Below are positions 39,409-50,108 of a DNA stretch of 64,000 nt, in pieces. The notes below the pieces were generated by a model. The model was not told the origin of the DNA and ran no database searches. It was given only the letters and a program-made list of their open reading frames with translations. The DNA is taken from NCBI GenBank assembly GCA_012799635.1, contig JAAZKW010000034.1, forward strand, positions 9,930 to 73,929, in the 5' to 3' direction. Within the stretch, counting starts at the first letter, position 1; every line of letters starts with the position of its first letter. The translations under genes and the position numbers were made by a program. This DNA is from Mollicutes bacterium (GTDB lineage Bacteria; Bacillota_I; Bacilli_A; RF39; UBA660).

Positions 39409-39919
39409 AAAAACCACTAAAAAAAGAAAGAAAACCGGTATATATATATTAATATTGGGTTTAATATTAGTATGTAGCTTAGTTTTTATATATTATATGC
39501 TTAGAATAAATCAGAAAGAAAAATTTGATAAATTATATTCGAAAGAAAGATATCTAACTGTAAGTTATGGTGTTATTGAACAAGAAAAAATGTTTCAAGA
39601 AGAAAATGCTTTATTTAAAAAAGTATTTCAAGAAAATAAATATTATCTTATTATAACTAAAGATAACACTTTATTTACTTATTATTTGGATTGGTATTAT
39701 CAAATTGATCCTTTAAAAGGTTATAAACTAGTTTATAATATAAAACTTACTGATAAACAAGTCCAAAATATTCTAAATAATGTTAGAGAAAAAGCTTTAG
39801 AACAAAATCTTAGAGAAGATGAAAACATAGCTATTTATATTGATAAGAAAAATATGTATATTAATAGTAATGATTTTCAACTAATACTTCAAAAAGAAGA
39901 TATTTTAATTAGTATATAA
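39392..39919 (+). CDS. Hypothetical membrane-anchored protein
   Basis: TM helix; overlaps the murC stop. Confidence 0.3.
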   Translation: MIIMDEKTTKKRKKTGIYILILGLILVCSLVFIYYMLRINQKEKFDKLYSKERYLTVSYGVIEQEKMFQEENALFKKVFQENKYYLIITKDNTLFTYYLDWYYQIDPLKGYKLVYNIKLTDKQVQNILNNVREKALEQNLREDENIAIYIDKKNMYINSNDFQLILQKEDILISI

Positions 39920-39930
39920 TATCTTCTTTT

Positions 39931-42900
39931 TTATTCTATTATTTCAAGTTTATTTAATAAAATGGAATATAAATATAATTTACAAGGTTTATTTTTGATA
40001 CTTTTAAGATATTTTTCATATATCTTTAATTGTTTTTTATAAGATTCATCAATTATATTATTAAGTTTATAATCAATTATTTTTATTTCATTGTCACTTT
40101 CAATTATTAAATCTATAATACCATGATATTTATTACCATCTTCTTCATAAATAAACTCATGTTCTTTATATAACAGATCATCTTTTGTAATATTTAAAGT
40201 TTTAACAAAGTTATTAATTAAATTATAATGTTTATCTTCTTTAGATATATTAAAGAAATTACTTCTTTCAAATACTTTATGAATATAGGTACCATACTCT
40301 AAATTATCATAAAGTTCTTTATCAATAAAGGATACTATTTCCTTAGATATTTTCTTATTATCAATAATATTATTTTTAACATCTATTTTTTTATTAATAA
40401 TTAATTTAGTATCTTTTTTTAGTTCTTTACTACTTTTTTTATTATCCAAATAATCCTTAGTTAAATTATAATCATCTAAATTTATCTTAATAATATATTT
40501 AGACAAATAATTTTTAATTGACTCTATTATATCTAAAAAAGATGAATACTTATTTTTATCACTTAAAGTTAACTTACAATCATCATTAAGCGATGTTACT
40601 ATTATGATTTTTTCTCTTGCCCTTGTTAAAGCTACATAAAATAATCTTATTCTTTCTGATATATCATCTAAATAAAAATTATGTTTATTTAATTCCTTAG
40701 TTATTAAATTACCAAGCTTTTCATTATAATATGGGGTTATTAAACCATATTTTTTATCATATAAGAAACGATCTTTAATATCTTCGATATTAAAAGTCTT
40801 ATGATAACCACTATAATAACAGATTGGATATTCAAGACCTTTAGATTTGTGAATATTCATAAGTAATACACTATTTATATTATTTAAAGCCCCCTTAACT
40901 GTTATTTCATATTTACTTTCTATTAATTCATTTAAATAATCACATATATCATATACATTAAATCCTATTTTATTAAACTCTTTTGATAAAGATAAAATAT
41001 TATCTACTCTTATTAAACAGTTTTTTATATCCCCAAGAGTTATTAATTTTTCATAAAAGTTAAATTCCTTTAACAAAGTATTAATTAATACATATGAATC
41101 TTCGATTATAGGAAGGTTTTTTAGTTTTTGATATAAAGTACTATCTTTAAAAGTTTTGTTCTTAAAATAGTTATAAATGTCTTCATCAGGCATATTTATT
41201 AAGAAACTTCTTGCTATACTTGTAAAATAAAATTTAAAATCATAATCAAATTCATAATTTTTAACTTTTAAATATAACCCTACTAAATTTTTAATAACGA
41301 TGATGTCATCTTTACTTATAATTTTTTCATCTTGATAAATATAAAGGGGAATTTTTAAATATTCAAAGATTTTATAATAAGTATTAAAACTTGTTCCTCT
41401 GTCCATAATAATACAAAAATCACTAAAGGTTGCTTTTCTTAATTTTTTAGCTTCAGGATCATATACTTCATAACCTTTTTTTAATTTAGATAAAATATCT
41501 TGTCCTATTATAAAAGCTTCTTTTTCTTCTTTAGTAAAATCATCTTTATCATCATTGTAATTAAGAATCTCAAGATCACTGTTTGTATAATAATTTTCAT
41601 CATAATCTTTTAATCCATAAAGCATTTGATGATCTTTTTTATAATTGGCTCCACCAATATTATCATCCATAACTAAACTAAAGATGGTATTTATCCCTTC
41701 GATTACTTCTGGCCTTGATCTAAAATTATGAAGAAGATCTATTTTAATTCCTATATCATCTTTAGCATATTTATCATATTTATCTTTAAATATTAAAGGA
41801 TTAGCATTTCTAAAACCATATATCGACTGTTTAATATCCCCAACCATATATACATTATTATTTTCTATTAAGTTAATAAATTCTTCTTGCAAATCAGATG
41901 TATCTTGATATTCATCAATCATTATTTCATAATAACTGTTCTTAACTTCCTTACGTATCTGATCATTTTCTTTCAATAATTTTATAATAAGAATCTCAAT
42001 ATCAATAAATTCATACAAGTCATTATCAAATTTATATTGATTTAGTTTTTCATAATATATTTTTATTATATTAACAATACTTATAGCATTATTTTTAGCA
42101 AGACTAAAACTTGTTAGTATTTCTTCGGTATTTTCATATCTTAAATAAGATTTAATCTCTTTTTCCAAAAGCGTAATGCTATCTTTAATATCTTTAATAT
42201 CTTCACTTCCTTTTGGCCTTCTTACCGTAGGAATTTCAATATTTAATTTTATTTCATCATAAGTTTTTGAATTTAATAATGGCGTATAAGCTTTGACCAT
42301 TTCATTATAAAAAGTATCATAACCACTTCCTTCTAAAAGCATAATTAAATCATTAATACTTGAGATTTTATTAATCAAAATATCTTCATATTCTTTAATA
42401 TAACTTAAAATATAATCTTGATTAAAGAAAGTTACTGTTAAGTCATTATATAAATGTTCTTTATCACTTACTAAATCTATTTTCTTAATAATCTTTTTTA
42501 TTGCTTCTTTAATTTGTTTATCGTCTTTAACAGAGAAGTTTTCAATCAAATCTAAAAATAACAAGTCTTCTTTTTCATAAAAATTATCAAATACTTCATC
42601 TAATATTTTATCTTTAACTAATGTTATTAATCCTTCATCAATAATTTTTAAGTTTTTATCAATGTTAAGAAGAAAATGATATTTTTTAACTAAATGAAGA
42701 CAATAAGCATCAAAAGTAGTAATATCTGCAGTATCAAGCAAATATAAATTATCTTTTAATGAAAGATCCTTGCTTATCTTTTTTCTTATTCGATTTCTCA
42801 TCTCACCTGCTGCAGCATTAGTAAACGTTAATATCAATAATTTATTAATCTTAATATTATTTTTAAGGTGAGTAATAACTCTCTGTGTTAAAACAGCTGT

Positions 42901-42996
42901 TTTACCTGAACCTGCACCTGCTGAAACAATAATATTCTTACCAGTTTTATTTATTGCTAATTTTTGAGCCTCTGTCCACTTAGTCATTGTTATCAC
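39931..42996 (-). CDS. addA: ATP-dependent helicase/nuclease subunit A (UvrD-like helicase plus a C-terminal PD-(D/E)xK nuclease)
   Basis: GAGSGKTAVLTQRV; C-terminal IDLIIESDNEIKIIDYKLN nuclease motif. Confidence 0.85.
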   Translation of the reverse strand: MITMTKWTEAQKLAINKTGKNIIVSAGAGSGKTAVLTQRVITHLKNNIKINKLLILTFTNAAAGEMRNRIRKKISKDLSLKDNLYLLDTADITTFDAYCLHLVKKYHFLLNIDKNLKIIDEGLITLVKDKILDEVFDNFYEKEDLLFLDLIENFSVKDDKQIKEAIKKIIKKIDLVSDKEHLYNDLTVTFFNQDYILSYIKEYEDILINKISSINDLIMLLEGSGYDTFYNEMVKAYTPLLNSKTYDEIKLNIEIPTVRRPKGSEDIKDIKDSITLLEKEIKSYLRYENTEEILTSFSLAKNNAISIVNIIKIYYEKLNQYKFDNDLYEFIDIEILIIKLLKENDQIRKEVKNSYYEIMIDEYQDTSDLQEEFINLIENNNVYMVGDIKQSIYGFRNANPLIFKDKYDKYAKDDIGIKIDLLHNFRSRPEVIEGINTIFSLVMDDNIGGANYKKDHQMLYGLKDYDENYYTNSDLEILNYNDDKDDFTKEEKEAFIIGQDILSKLKKGYEVYDPEAKKLRKATFSDFCIIMDRGTSFNTYYKIFEYLKIPLYIYQDEKIISKDDIIVIKNLVGLYLKVKNYEFDYDFKFYFTSIARSFLINMPDEDIYNYFKNKTFKDSTLYQKLKNLPIIEDSYVLINTLLKEFNFYEKLITLGDIKNCLIRVDNILSLSKEFNKIGFNVYDICDYLNELIESKYEITVKGALNNINSVLLMNIHKSKGLEYPICYYSGYHKTFNIEDIKDRFLYDKKYGLITPYYNEKLGNLITKELNKHNFYLDDISERIRLFYVALTRAREKIIIVTSLNDDCKLTLSDKNKYSSFLDIIESIKNYLSKYIIKINLDDYNLTKDYLDNKKSSKELKKDTKLIINKKIDVKNNIIDNKKISKEIVSFIDKELYDNLEYGTYIHKVFERSNFFNISKEDKHYNLINNFVKTLNITKDDLLYKEHEFIYEEDGNKYHGIIDLIIESDNEIKIIDYKLNNIIDESYKKQLKIYEKYLKSIKNKPCKLYLYSILLNKLEIIE

Positions 42997-45301
42997 CTCC
43001 TAAAAAGGATAAATCTTCTTCTTGCTTAATATTTTCATAATAATAATCTTTCTTATAACATATTTCTTTATATGGACAATAAGGACACGATACATCATCT
43101 TTGTTATTAACTTTTTTAGGATTTATTTGAAAATCATTATTATTTATTTTTTCTACTGCTTCATTTAAAATAGCTTCTACTAAAAAGACCATACTATCCA
43201 TTTCTTCACTAGAAAGTGTTTTAGAGTTAGAATAAAAATTACCATCATTTTTTAACTTCATTCCTCTTATTACTTTACTATTTTTAAAGCTAGAATCGAA
43301 CTTTTCAAGCAATGATATATCTTTATTTGAATAACCGTTTAATTTAAGATTAGCTTCTTTTTGTTCTATTGGGCTCTTATCACATATTTTTTCACTATGT
43401 AAAAAATGTTGTAAATAAAATCCAATTATTTTAGGATTATTAAAATAAGAATCTTTTTTTACTAAATATAAATATAAAAAAAGTTGCATACTAAGTCCAG
43501 AAGATAATAATTTATAACTTATATTTTCATTACCAGTTTTATAGTCTATAATAACTAACTCTTCTTTATCATTATATAATATTTTATCAATAAAACCATT
43601 TAATATAAAATGTTCATTATTATCTTGAAATTCTTTTTCCAAAACTCTTTTATCTAAAGTATTATACGTATTTTGTTTATCTATTATTATAAGATCAGTT
43701 TCTATTTCTTTTACGATTTTATTTATATAAAATGCTTCTTTTTTAGTTAATACAATATTATTATTGTTTAGATATTCCTCTTTTAAAAGCATTATATCTT
43801 TTTTATTTTCTAAATATTCTTTCAATATATGATGATATAACGATCCAATTAAGGCACCAAAAGTTATTTTATAATTATCTAAATATAATACTTTAGATAG
43901 AAAATATTTAAATTTACATTCAAAATATTTATTTATTGAAGAATAAGATAATTTTATTTTTTTATCAAATATTTTTTGTTTAATCTTTTTATAAGAAGAA
44001 TCATAAGTAAAATAATTAATATCTTGATAAGTATTTTTATAAATAAATATATTATCATCTAAAATACCATATTTATAATAATCATCTAGTTTCATAGCAT
44101 AATTTAGTTTATCATTTAAAATACTATAACTTTCATAAAGATCATCTTCTTCATTTAATATTTCTAAATCTAAATCTTCGATTAAAGAAGAAGGATATAC
44201 TTTTTTTTCTAAATCATATTCCTTTAAAGTAATAACGATATTTTTTATGCTTTTAATAATATTAATGGTATTGCTTTTTACTATTTTATTAATTTCATTA
44301 ACACTTTTTAAATTTACCATTTTTTTAATATTGTCAGTAATATAACTATCATCTTTATAGACCTTAGGAAAACTTTCAATATTAAAGTTCATTAAAAAAA
44401 CATATTCCTCTTTAAAAGGATAATTTATTGAAACAAGTTCAACATAGTTTTCTAAAAGATTTTGATTAATATTAGTTTTTTTGAATTCATATATTAAAAA
44501 AGTCTTTAAATCATTCATATCTTCGATGAAAAAATACTTATTACAAATATTAACAATCTTTGTAATTATATCTTGATTTAACTTTTTAATTTTATCTAAA
44601 GCATTATCTTTTCCCTCGTAAAGATGACTTAAAAAAAGTTTTGCTTCTCTTGTTCCATATAAACATGAATTAATGTTTAAATTTATTGGTATATTATATA
44701 AATAAGCATATCTTTCTAATAAATTTTTATATTCTTCGGGGACATTAACAAGTTTTATATTATTTATATTCTCCCCATTTAAAATTAACTTTGCAATCCT
44801 TTTACATACATAATTTACCTCTTTTGCAATCGTCTTAAACATCTGAGCAAAAACTGGTTTATAATTAGTATCATTTTTAATTTGAATTGCATTTAATGAT
44901 TTAAAAACCTTTTCCTCATCATTTTCTAAATATATATAAGGCGCCAAGTAAATAGTTTTATCTTGCAAAAAAGTTTTAAAACGATCATCATAAATAAGAA
45001 GTTTTTCTTTATCTAATTCTTCTTTTAACTTAACTAAAAAATCTAGTTTTTCATTATTATAGTTTTTATTTTGAACAAATCTTAAATTATCTAAATACAT
45101 TTTAATAATGCTTATTTTAAATTGATATTTTCTATAAATATAATAAAGGGTCTTTTCATTATATGAAAAAAAATAAGCTTCTAAAAACTCTTTTTTAGTC
45201 ATAAAATTAACATTTAAAAGAACTTTATTTTCATTAAATTCTTTTAAAAGTTTATTTTTATAATCATTTTCACATATAATGATAGCATTTTCTTTAAACA
45301 T
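42980..45301 (-). CDS. addB: ATP-dependent helicase/nuclease subunit B, short form (RexB-like)
   Basis: C-terminal nuclease GFIDKI...IIDYKTG and an Fe-S Cys cluster C(x)n CPYCPYKEIC. It is upstream of and overlapping addA. Confidence 0.7.
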   Translation of the reverse strand: MFKENAIIICENDYKNKLLKEFNENKVLLNVNFMTKKEFLEAYFFSYNEKTLYYIYRKYQFKISIIKMYLDNLRFVQNKNYNNEKLDFLVKLKEELDKEKLLIYDDRFKTFLQDKTIYLAPYIYLENDEEKVFKSLNAIQIKNDTNYKPVFAQMFKTIAKEVNYVCKRIAKLILNGENINNIKLVNVPEEYKNLLERYAYLYNIPINLNINSCLYGTREAKLFLSHLYEGKDNALDKIKKLNQDIITKIVNICNKYFFIEDMNDLKTFLIYEFKKTNINQNLLENYVELVSINYPFKEEYVFLMNFNIESFPKVYKDDSYITDNIKKMVNLKSVNEINKIVKSNTINIIKSIKNIVITLKEYDLEKKVYPSSLIEDLDLEILNEEDDLYESYSILNDKLNYAMKLDDYYKYGILDDNIFIYKNTYQDINYFTYDSSYKKIKQKIFDKKIKLSYSSINKYFECKFKYFLSKVLYLDNYKITFGALIGSLYHHILKEYLENKKDIMLLKEEYLNNNNIVLTKKEAFYINKIVKEIETDLIIIDKQNTYNTLDKRVLEKEFQDNNEHFILNGFIDKILYNDKEELVIIDYKTGNENISYKLLSSGLSMQLFLYLYLVKKDSYFNNPKIIGFYLQHFLHSEKICDKSPIEQKEANLKLNGYSNKDISLLEKFDSSFKNSKVIRGMKLKNDGNFYSNSKTLSSEEMDSMVFLVEAILNEAVEKINNNDFQINPKKVNNKDDVSCPYCPYKEICYKKDYYYENIKQEEDLSFLGGDNND

Positions 45302-45304
45302 AAT

Positions 45305-46312
45305 TTATCCTTTATAATAGTCTTCTAGTATTTGAAATATTTCATCTTTACTTTTTGCCTTACATATTAAGTTTTTAACAATTGCATTATTTGGTATGCC
45401 TTTTAGATAATGTAGAAAATGGGTTCGAATTTCAAGAATAGCTATTTTTTCACCTTTTTCTTTTACTAATTTTTCCAAATGATACCTCATCATCTTTATT
45501 TTATCATGAAAACTGATCTCTTTTGGGATAATTTTAGCTTTTAAATATTCATTAATTTCTTTTATAAGCCAAGGATTACCAAGCAGCCCTCTTCCAATCA
45601 TAACAGCATTACACCCTGTTGTTAAAAGCATCTTTTCGGCATCTTTATAAGTTCTAATATCACCATTACCAATCACTGGAATATTAACACTTGCAACCAA
45701 TTTTTTTATAGCTGTTAAATCTGCTTTACCACTATACCCTTGGGATCTTGTTCTAGCATGAAGAAAAATAGCTGATGCTCCTGCTTTTTCACATATTTTA
45801 CCAACCTTGATATAATTAATATTTTTTTCATCCCATCCCAAACGTATTTTAACTGTAACAGGACATGGCACAGCTTTTACTACTGCTGAGACAATTTCTT
45901 TTATTTTCTTTTGATCTTTTAATAAAGCACTACCCGCTTGCGATTTAATTGCTACTTTAGGAACAGGACAACCCATATTAATATCAATAATATCTGGATG
46001 CATATATTCATATACTTTTTTAGCAGCCATAACAAAACTTTCTTTATCAGAACCAAATATTTGCTGAGAAATAGGTCTTTCTTTTTCATCCATATCAAGA
46101 AGTTTATATGTTTTTTCATTATCAAATAAAATAGCTTTATTAGATACCATTTCACCCACTACTAGAGCTGCACCAAAACTTTTACAAATTAGTCTAAATG
46201 TTTTGTTAGAAATACCAGCCATAGGGGCTACAACTACTTGCCCTTTTATTTTTACATTACCTATATACCATTCTTTCATAAGAAGCTCCTTATATATATT
46301 TACTTGCTTCAC
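45305..46312 (-). CDS. dusB: tRNA-dihydrouridine synthase
   Basis: VAPMAGISN..., NMGCP...; FMN-binding TIM barrel. Confidence 0.85.
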   Translation of the reverse strand: MKQVNIYKELLMKEWYIGNVKIKGQVVVAPMAGISNKTFRLICKSFGAALVVGEMVSNKAILFDNEKTYKLLDMDEKERPISQQIFGSDKESFVMAAKKVYEYMHPDIIDINMGCPVPKVAIKSQAGSALLKDQKKIKEIVSAVVKAVPCPVTVKIRLGWDEKNINYIKVGKICEKAGASAIFLHARTRSQGYSGKADLTAIKKLVASVNIPVIGNGDIRTYKDAEKMLLTTGCNAVMIGRGLLGNPWLIKEINEYLKAKIIPKEISFHDKIKMMRYHLEKLVKEKGEKIAILEIRTHFLHYLKGIPNNAIVKNLICKAKSKDEIFQILEDYYKG

Positions 46313-46964
46313 GTATACTTAATTTAGCCATTTTATTTTTATATTTATTAATAAATTTTTTTACCCATATTGGATTTGTAAAAGAATACTCTCTAAGACT
46401 CCACCCAATAGCCTTATTAATAAAGAACTCCGTACTACCTAAATTATTTACTAATATTTCTTCGAGTAATTTAGTATTAGTTTTTTCCTTTTGATATAAC
46501 TGATGAATAATTGCTATTCTACGTATCCAAAAATCTTCATCTGTTGACCACTCAATCATAACATATGACATTTTATTATCAATTAAAGCTATATATGCAA
46601 CAATTTTATTAAAACTATCTATAGTATCCCACCATGGTTTAGTTTTAATATATCGCTTTATTTTAGGTAAATCATTAATACTTAAATATTTTTTTAAAGC
46701 AAATAAATAATCTATTACAAAATATTGAAATTCTCTATGTTCATCATTATAACAATAATCAAGAAACTTCCAATCAATTTTCTTATTTGCTTTTTCTTGA
46801 TTTAAGATAGTTTTATAAGCTTTCCTCCTAAGTGGTGTTGGTAAACCATAAAATAAAAATTTATTTCTCATATATTTTGACATTTCAAAAGCATTATTTT
46901 CATCTTGATTTTCTTCGAATAGTTTTTTTAATATGATATATTTATCCATCTTAAATACTCTCAC
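46290..46964 (-). CDS. DNA alkylation repair protein (AlkD/AlkC-like HEAT-repeat glycosylase family)
   Basis: WWDTIDS...WIRRIAI...KAIGWSLRE motifs. Confidence 0.6.
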   Translation of the reverse strand: MRVFKMDKYIILKKLFEENQDENNAFEMSKYMRNKFLFYGLPTPLRRKAYKTILNQEKANKKIDWKFLDYCYNDEHREFQYFVIDYLFALKKYLSINDLPKIKRYIKTKPWWDTIDSFNKIVAYIALIDNKMSYVMIEWSTDEDFWIRRIAIIHQLYQKEKTNTKLLEEILVNNLGSTEFFINKAIGWSLREYSFTNPIWVKKFINKYKNKMAKLSIREASKYI

Positions 46965-47275
46965 TATTCTAAATAACTAATTTTCTTTTTTCTTTTTCTT
47001 GCATACTCTATTTCTGACCGGGTGCTTTCGCCAATATAACCACCAACATTTATAACAAATATTTCATCTGACATATCTATTCTTCTTTTATGCATATCAT
47101 CTAGCATTTCTTTTGTTGCCCCCATGTTCTCCCAAACTTCATTATCTCCAGAATGACCAAAAAGTCCTACTGACATTACAATATTACCCTTTAATGTTAA
47201 TTCTTTTTGTGCTTTTATAAATGCGTCCTTAAACCTTGTTGAACCACAAAGGGTAATTATATTATATCTTGTCAT
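46964..47275 (-). CDS. DUF4406-like (nucleoside 2-deoxyribosyltransferase-like fold) small protein
   Basis: IITLCGSTRF...VINVGGYIGESTRSEIEYARKRKKKISYLE resembles the DUF4406 C-terminal G-W/Y-x-x-S-x-G-x-x-x-E motif. Confidence 0.4.
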   Translation of the reverse strand: MTRYNIITLCGSTRFKDAFIKAQKELTLKGNIVMSVGLFGHSGDNEVWENMGATKEMLDDMHKRRIDMSDEIFVINVGGYIGESTRSEIEYARKRKKKISYLE

Positions 47276-47289
47276 CTTACCTAACCTCC

Positions 47290-47844
47290 TTAAAAATGCA
47301 ATTCAAATTCATCTCCTTGATTAATAGAAAAAGCAGCAGCTTCATCAGTATCAATATGAGCAGCAAAAACACCCTTTTCAGATAACTTAAAATAAGCATC
47401 CATTACTCCAGATCTTTCATTATCAATTATTATCTTTGCTTTTTGACCGTTTGTTATATTTAATTTTTTAGCATCTTCATAACTCATATGAATATGTCTT
47501 TGGGCTATAATACAAATATTATTTGTATATTCATTTTTTGCTGTTTTAATAGTAATTTTAGTTGCACCATCTAAATTACCACTAGCTCTTACTGGAGGAT
47601 TAATTCCTAGTTTTATAGCATCTTTTTTAGAAATTTCAACTTGACTATAATTTCGTATTGGGCCAAGTACTCTAACATTTTCTATAATGTTATTTTCGGT
47701 TACTATAGATACAAATTTATCACTTACAAACTCTCCAGTTTGACTTAAATCTCTTACTTTGTTCATCGTTTCATCAAATAAAAAATCATAAACTTCTTTA
47801 CTTAAATGAACGTGTCTATTACTTACTTCTACCATTACTTTCAT
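47290..47844 (-). CDS. PduL/EutD-type phosphate propanoyl/acetyl-transferase-like protein (PTAC domain)
   Basis: N-terminal VSNRHVHLS and a second QRHIHMS repeat. Confidence 0.5.
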   Translation of the reverse strand: MKVMVEVSNRHVHLSKEVYDFLFDETMNKVRDLSQTGEFVSDKFVSIVTENNIIENVRVLGPIRNYSQVEISKKDAIKLGINPPVRASGNLDGATKITIKTAKNEYTNNICIIAQRHIHMSYEDAKKLNITNGQKAKIIIDNERSGVMDAYFKLSEKGVFAAHIDTDEAAAFSINQGDEFELHF

Positions 47845-47861
47845 CTTAATATCCTTCTTTC

Positions 47862-48647
47862 CTATATATTACCACTTATTTTATCTTTTAAAACCCCAAT
47901 AAACTCTCTTAAAAGATTATGAGGAAGATAAAACAGGCTGGATCTTGCACCTATACCATAAACATTTGTAAGCCCCAATTTTTTAGCGATTTTTAATGAT
48001 CTATAAAGATGAAATTTATTAGTAACAATTCCGATTTTTAGATCTTTATCTCCTAAAAGGGCAATACTATTTTTAATATTTTGGACAGTATCTTTTGCTT
48101 TGTTTTCAATTATCATTCGATTTTTATCAATTTTGTTTTTAGTCATATATAACATCATACCATGACTTTCTTCAAAAGGTTCCTTTAAATTTTGACCACC
48201 AGATACAATACATTTAGTATTTTTATTTTGATTTAAATATTCAATTGCTTTATCAAGGCGGCACTTCAAAATAACACTAGGACCATCTTTTCTTATTTGA
48301 GCTCCAAGAACAATTATATAATCTAAGTTTTTTTCATATTGATTATTAAAATGACTAATTATGATTATTTCTATTAATAAAAAAATAATTAGTAAAACTA
48401 AACTGAAAAGAAAGATAATATTAAAACATATAAGAGGAATTTTACTAAAAATATTATAATAAATTAATATTCCAAGAAGAATAAATCCAAAACTTATCAA
48501 AAACCAAATTAACTGAAATTTAGTGCTCGATTCTTTGCTATAAATAAAAATGCCATAAACAAAAGATATAATACCAAGGGTTATCAAAATACTGGTTATT
48601 ACAACTTTATTAACTACTAAAAAATTTAATAAATTTATAAAAAACAT
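47862..48647 (-). CDS. DUF218 (YdcF/SanA/ElyC family) membrane protein
   Basis: N-terminal TM helices; IIVLGAQIRKDGPS...CIVSGGQ. Confidence 0.65.
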   Translation of the reverse strand: MFFINLLNFLVVNKVVITSILITLGIISFVYGIFIYSKESSTKFQLIWFLISFGFILLGILIYYNIFSKIPLICFNIIFLFSLVLLIIFLLIEIIIISHFNNQYEKNLDYIIVLGAQIRKDGPSVILKCRLDKAIEYLNQNKNTKCIVSGGQNLKEPFEESHGMMLYMTKNKIDKNRMIIENKAKDTVQNIKNSIALLGDKDLKIGIVTNKFHLYRSLKIAKKLGLTNVYGIGARSSLFYLPHNLLREFIGVLKDKISGNI

Positions 48648-48649
48648 AT

Positions 48650-49264
48650 TTATACCTCAATTTGACTAATATCGACGATTTTTTTATTAATAACCTTTAA
48701 TTCTATAATATTAACATTTCTTTCGATATCATCATAAATAACTTTATCATTATATTCAATTATTAAATTATCATCTAAATTATAACCACACTTACCATAT
48801 TTTGTTAAAAGAGCCATTATAACCCTTTTATGAGTAAAGATAACTACCTTACCTAACATATTATTAATGATTTTATTTAAAACTTTATCCACTCTATTTA
48901 ATACATCATTTACTGATTCACCACCAGTTAATTTAATATCAAAATTATGAGTCTGAACAAATCGTACCATTTTAATACTACGAGTTCCAAGCTCTCCGAT
49001 AACATAATCATCTAGTTTGTCATTGATAATAATTTTTTTGTTTAATCTATCGGCAAGATATTTAGCACTTCCTACAGAAGAAGAATACATTGATGAATAT
49101 ATATTAATTGTTTTATTAAAAATATCTAGTGAAGATATTTGTTTAGCTAGTTCTTCGCCTGCAATCGAAAGAGGTCTTGAAATTCTTTTTTTCTCAATAT
49201 CTCCTCTTTCATAATAAGAAATATTGTTTTCATATAAATTGTTACTTACTAAATATACTTCCAT
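48650..49264 (-). CDS. Hypothetical protein, possibly a degenerate histidine-phosphatase fold
   Basis: C-terminal VVIFTHKRVIMALL resembles the histidine phosphatase H motif. The N-terminal RHG motif is absent. Confidence 0.25.
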   Translation of the reverse strand: MEVYLVSNNLYENNISYYERGDIEKKRISRPLSIAGEELAKQISSLDIFNKTINIYSSMYSSSVGSAKYLADRLNKKIIINDKLDDYVIGELGTRSIKMVRFVQTHNFDIKLTGGESVNDVLNRVDKVLNKIINNMLGKVVIFTHKRVIMALLTKYGKCGYNLDDNLIIEYNDKVIYDDIERNVNIIELKVINKKIVDISQIEV

Positions 49265-49265
49265 A

Positions 49266-50108
49266 TTATTTTTCTCTTATTACTTTATAGGCAAGAAAAA
49301 AGCCACCAATGAAAAGTAAAATACCTATAAACAATTCTATCTTACTTGCACTTAAACCATATATTTCTAATAATACATTTATTACTGAAGCAATAACAAA
49401 GCCAGTAATGGCAAAATGAGTTTTAACACTATGCTTTTTCATCATATGTTCCATTACTTTAGAAGTAATAATAATACCTAGGATTGCTCCCGCACCAAAT
49501 ATTAAAATAATGGGAATATTAATCGCTAAACTTTTAAATTTTAATATTTCATAAACGACTCTAATAATGCCATCATAACAACCAAGAACAACAAGAACAA
49601 CACTTCCTGATACTCCAGGAATAATCATAGCTCCGGCACCAATTGCTCCCGCACTAAACAAAAATAAAGAACCCATTCCATTAATAGAAAGATCCGCTTT
49701 ACCTCCACTAATAAAGGATATACCTACAAGAATTAGTGCTCCTATTAATAAAAAAAGGAAGTTAGATGTTTTATATTCTTTTTTAGTTTCCTTCCATATA
49801 ATTGGAATTCCCCCGACTATTACACCTAAAAAGGATAAAAGAGTAGCAACGGGATATTTATCATAAGTATAGTGAATTGCCACAACACTAAATGCACACG
49901 ACAATATGATACCAATCACAAAGATAATAATCTCGCGCCAATTCTCTTTAATCTTTTTCTTAAAGTTATTAATAATATCAAGTATCCAATCATACATACC
50001 TAAAACAAAAGCTAAGTATGAACCACTGATTGGAAAAATAATACCCATACCAATTAAAAAGCTCTTAATAAAAATAGTTAAGTAATTATTATTTTTTTTC
50101 TTCTTCAT
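49266..50108 (-). CDS. DUF368 family membrane protein (candidate undecaprenyl-phosphate translocase family)
   Basis: IPGVSGSVV motif (DUF368 IPGxSRSG-like), polytopic. Confidence 0.65.
   Translation of the reverse strand: MKKKKNNNYLTIFIKSFLIGMGIIFPISGSYLAFVLGMYDWILDIINNFKKKIKENWREIIIFVIGIILSCAFSVVAIHYTYDKYPVATLLSFLGVIVGGIPIIWKETKKEYKTSNFLFLLIGALILVGISFISGGKADLSINGMGSLFLFSAGAIGAGAMIIPGVSGSVVLVVLGCYDGIIRVVYEILKFKSLAINIPIILIFGAGAILGIIITSKVMEHMMKKHSVKTHFAITGFVIASVINVLLEIYGLSASKIELFIGILLFIGGFFLAYKVIREK

Noticed and set aside
39931-45301. The addB-addA helicase-nuclease pair considered as a possible defence system
   Set aside because: The domain content (UvrD helicase, RecB nuclease, Fe-S AddB) and addB-addA order match the housekeeping double-strand-break repair complex, not an anti-phage module.
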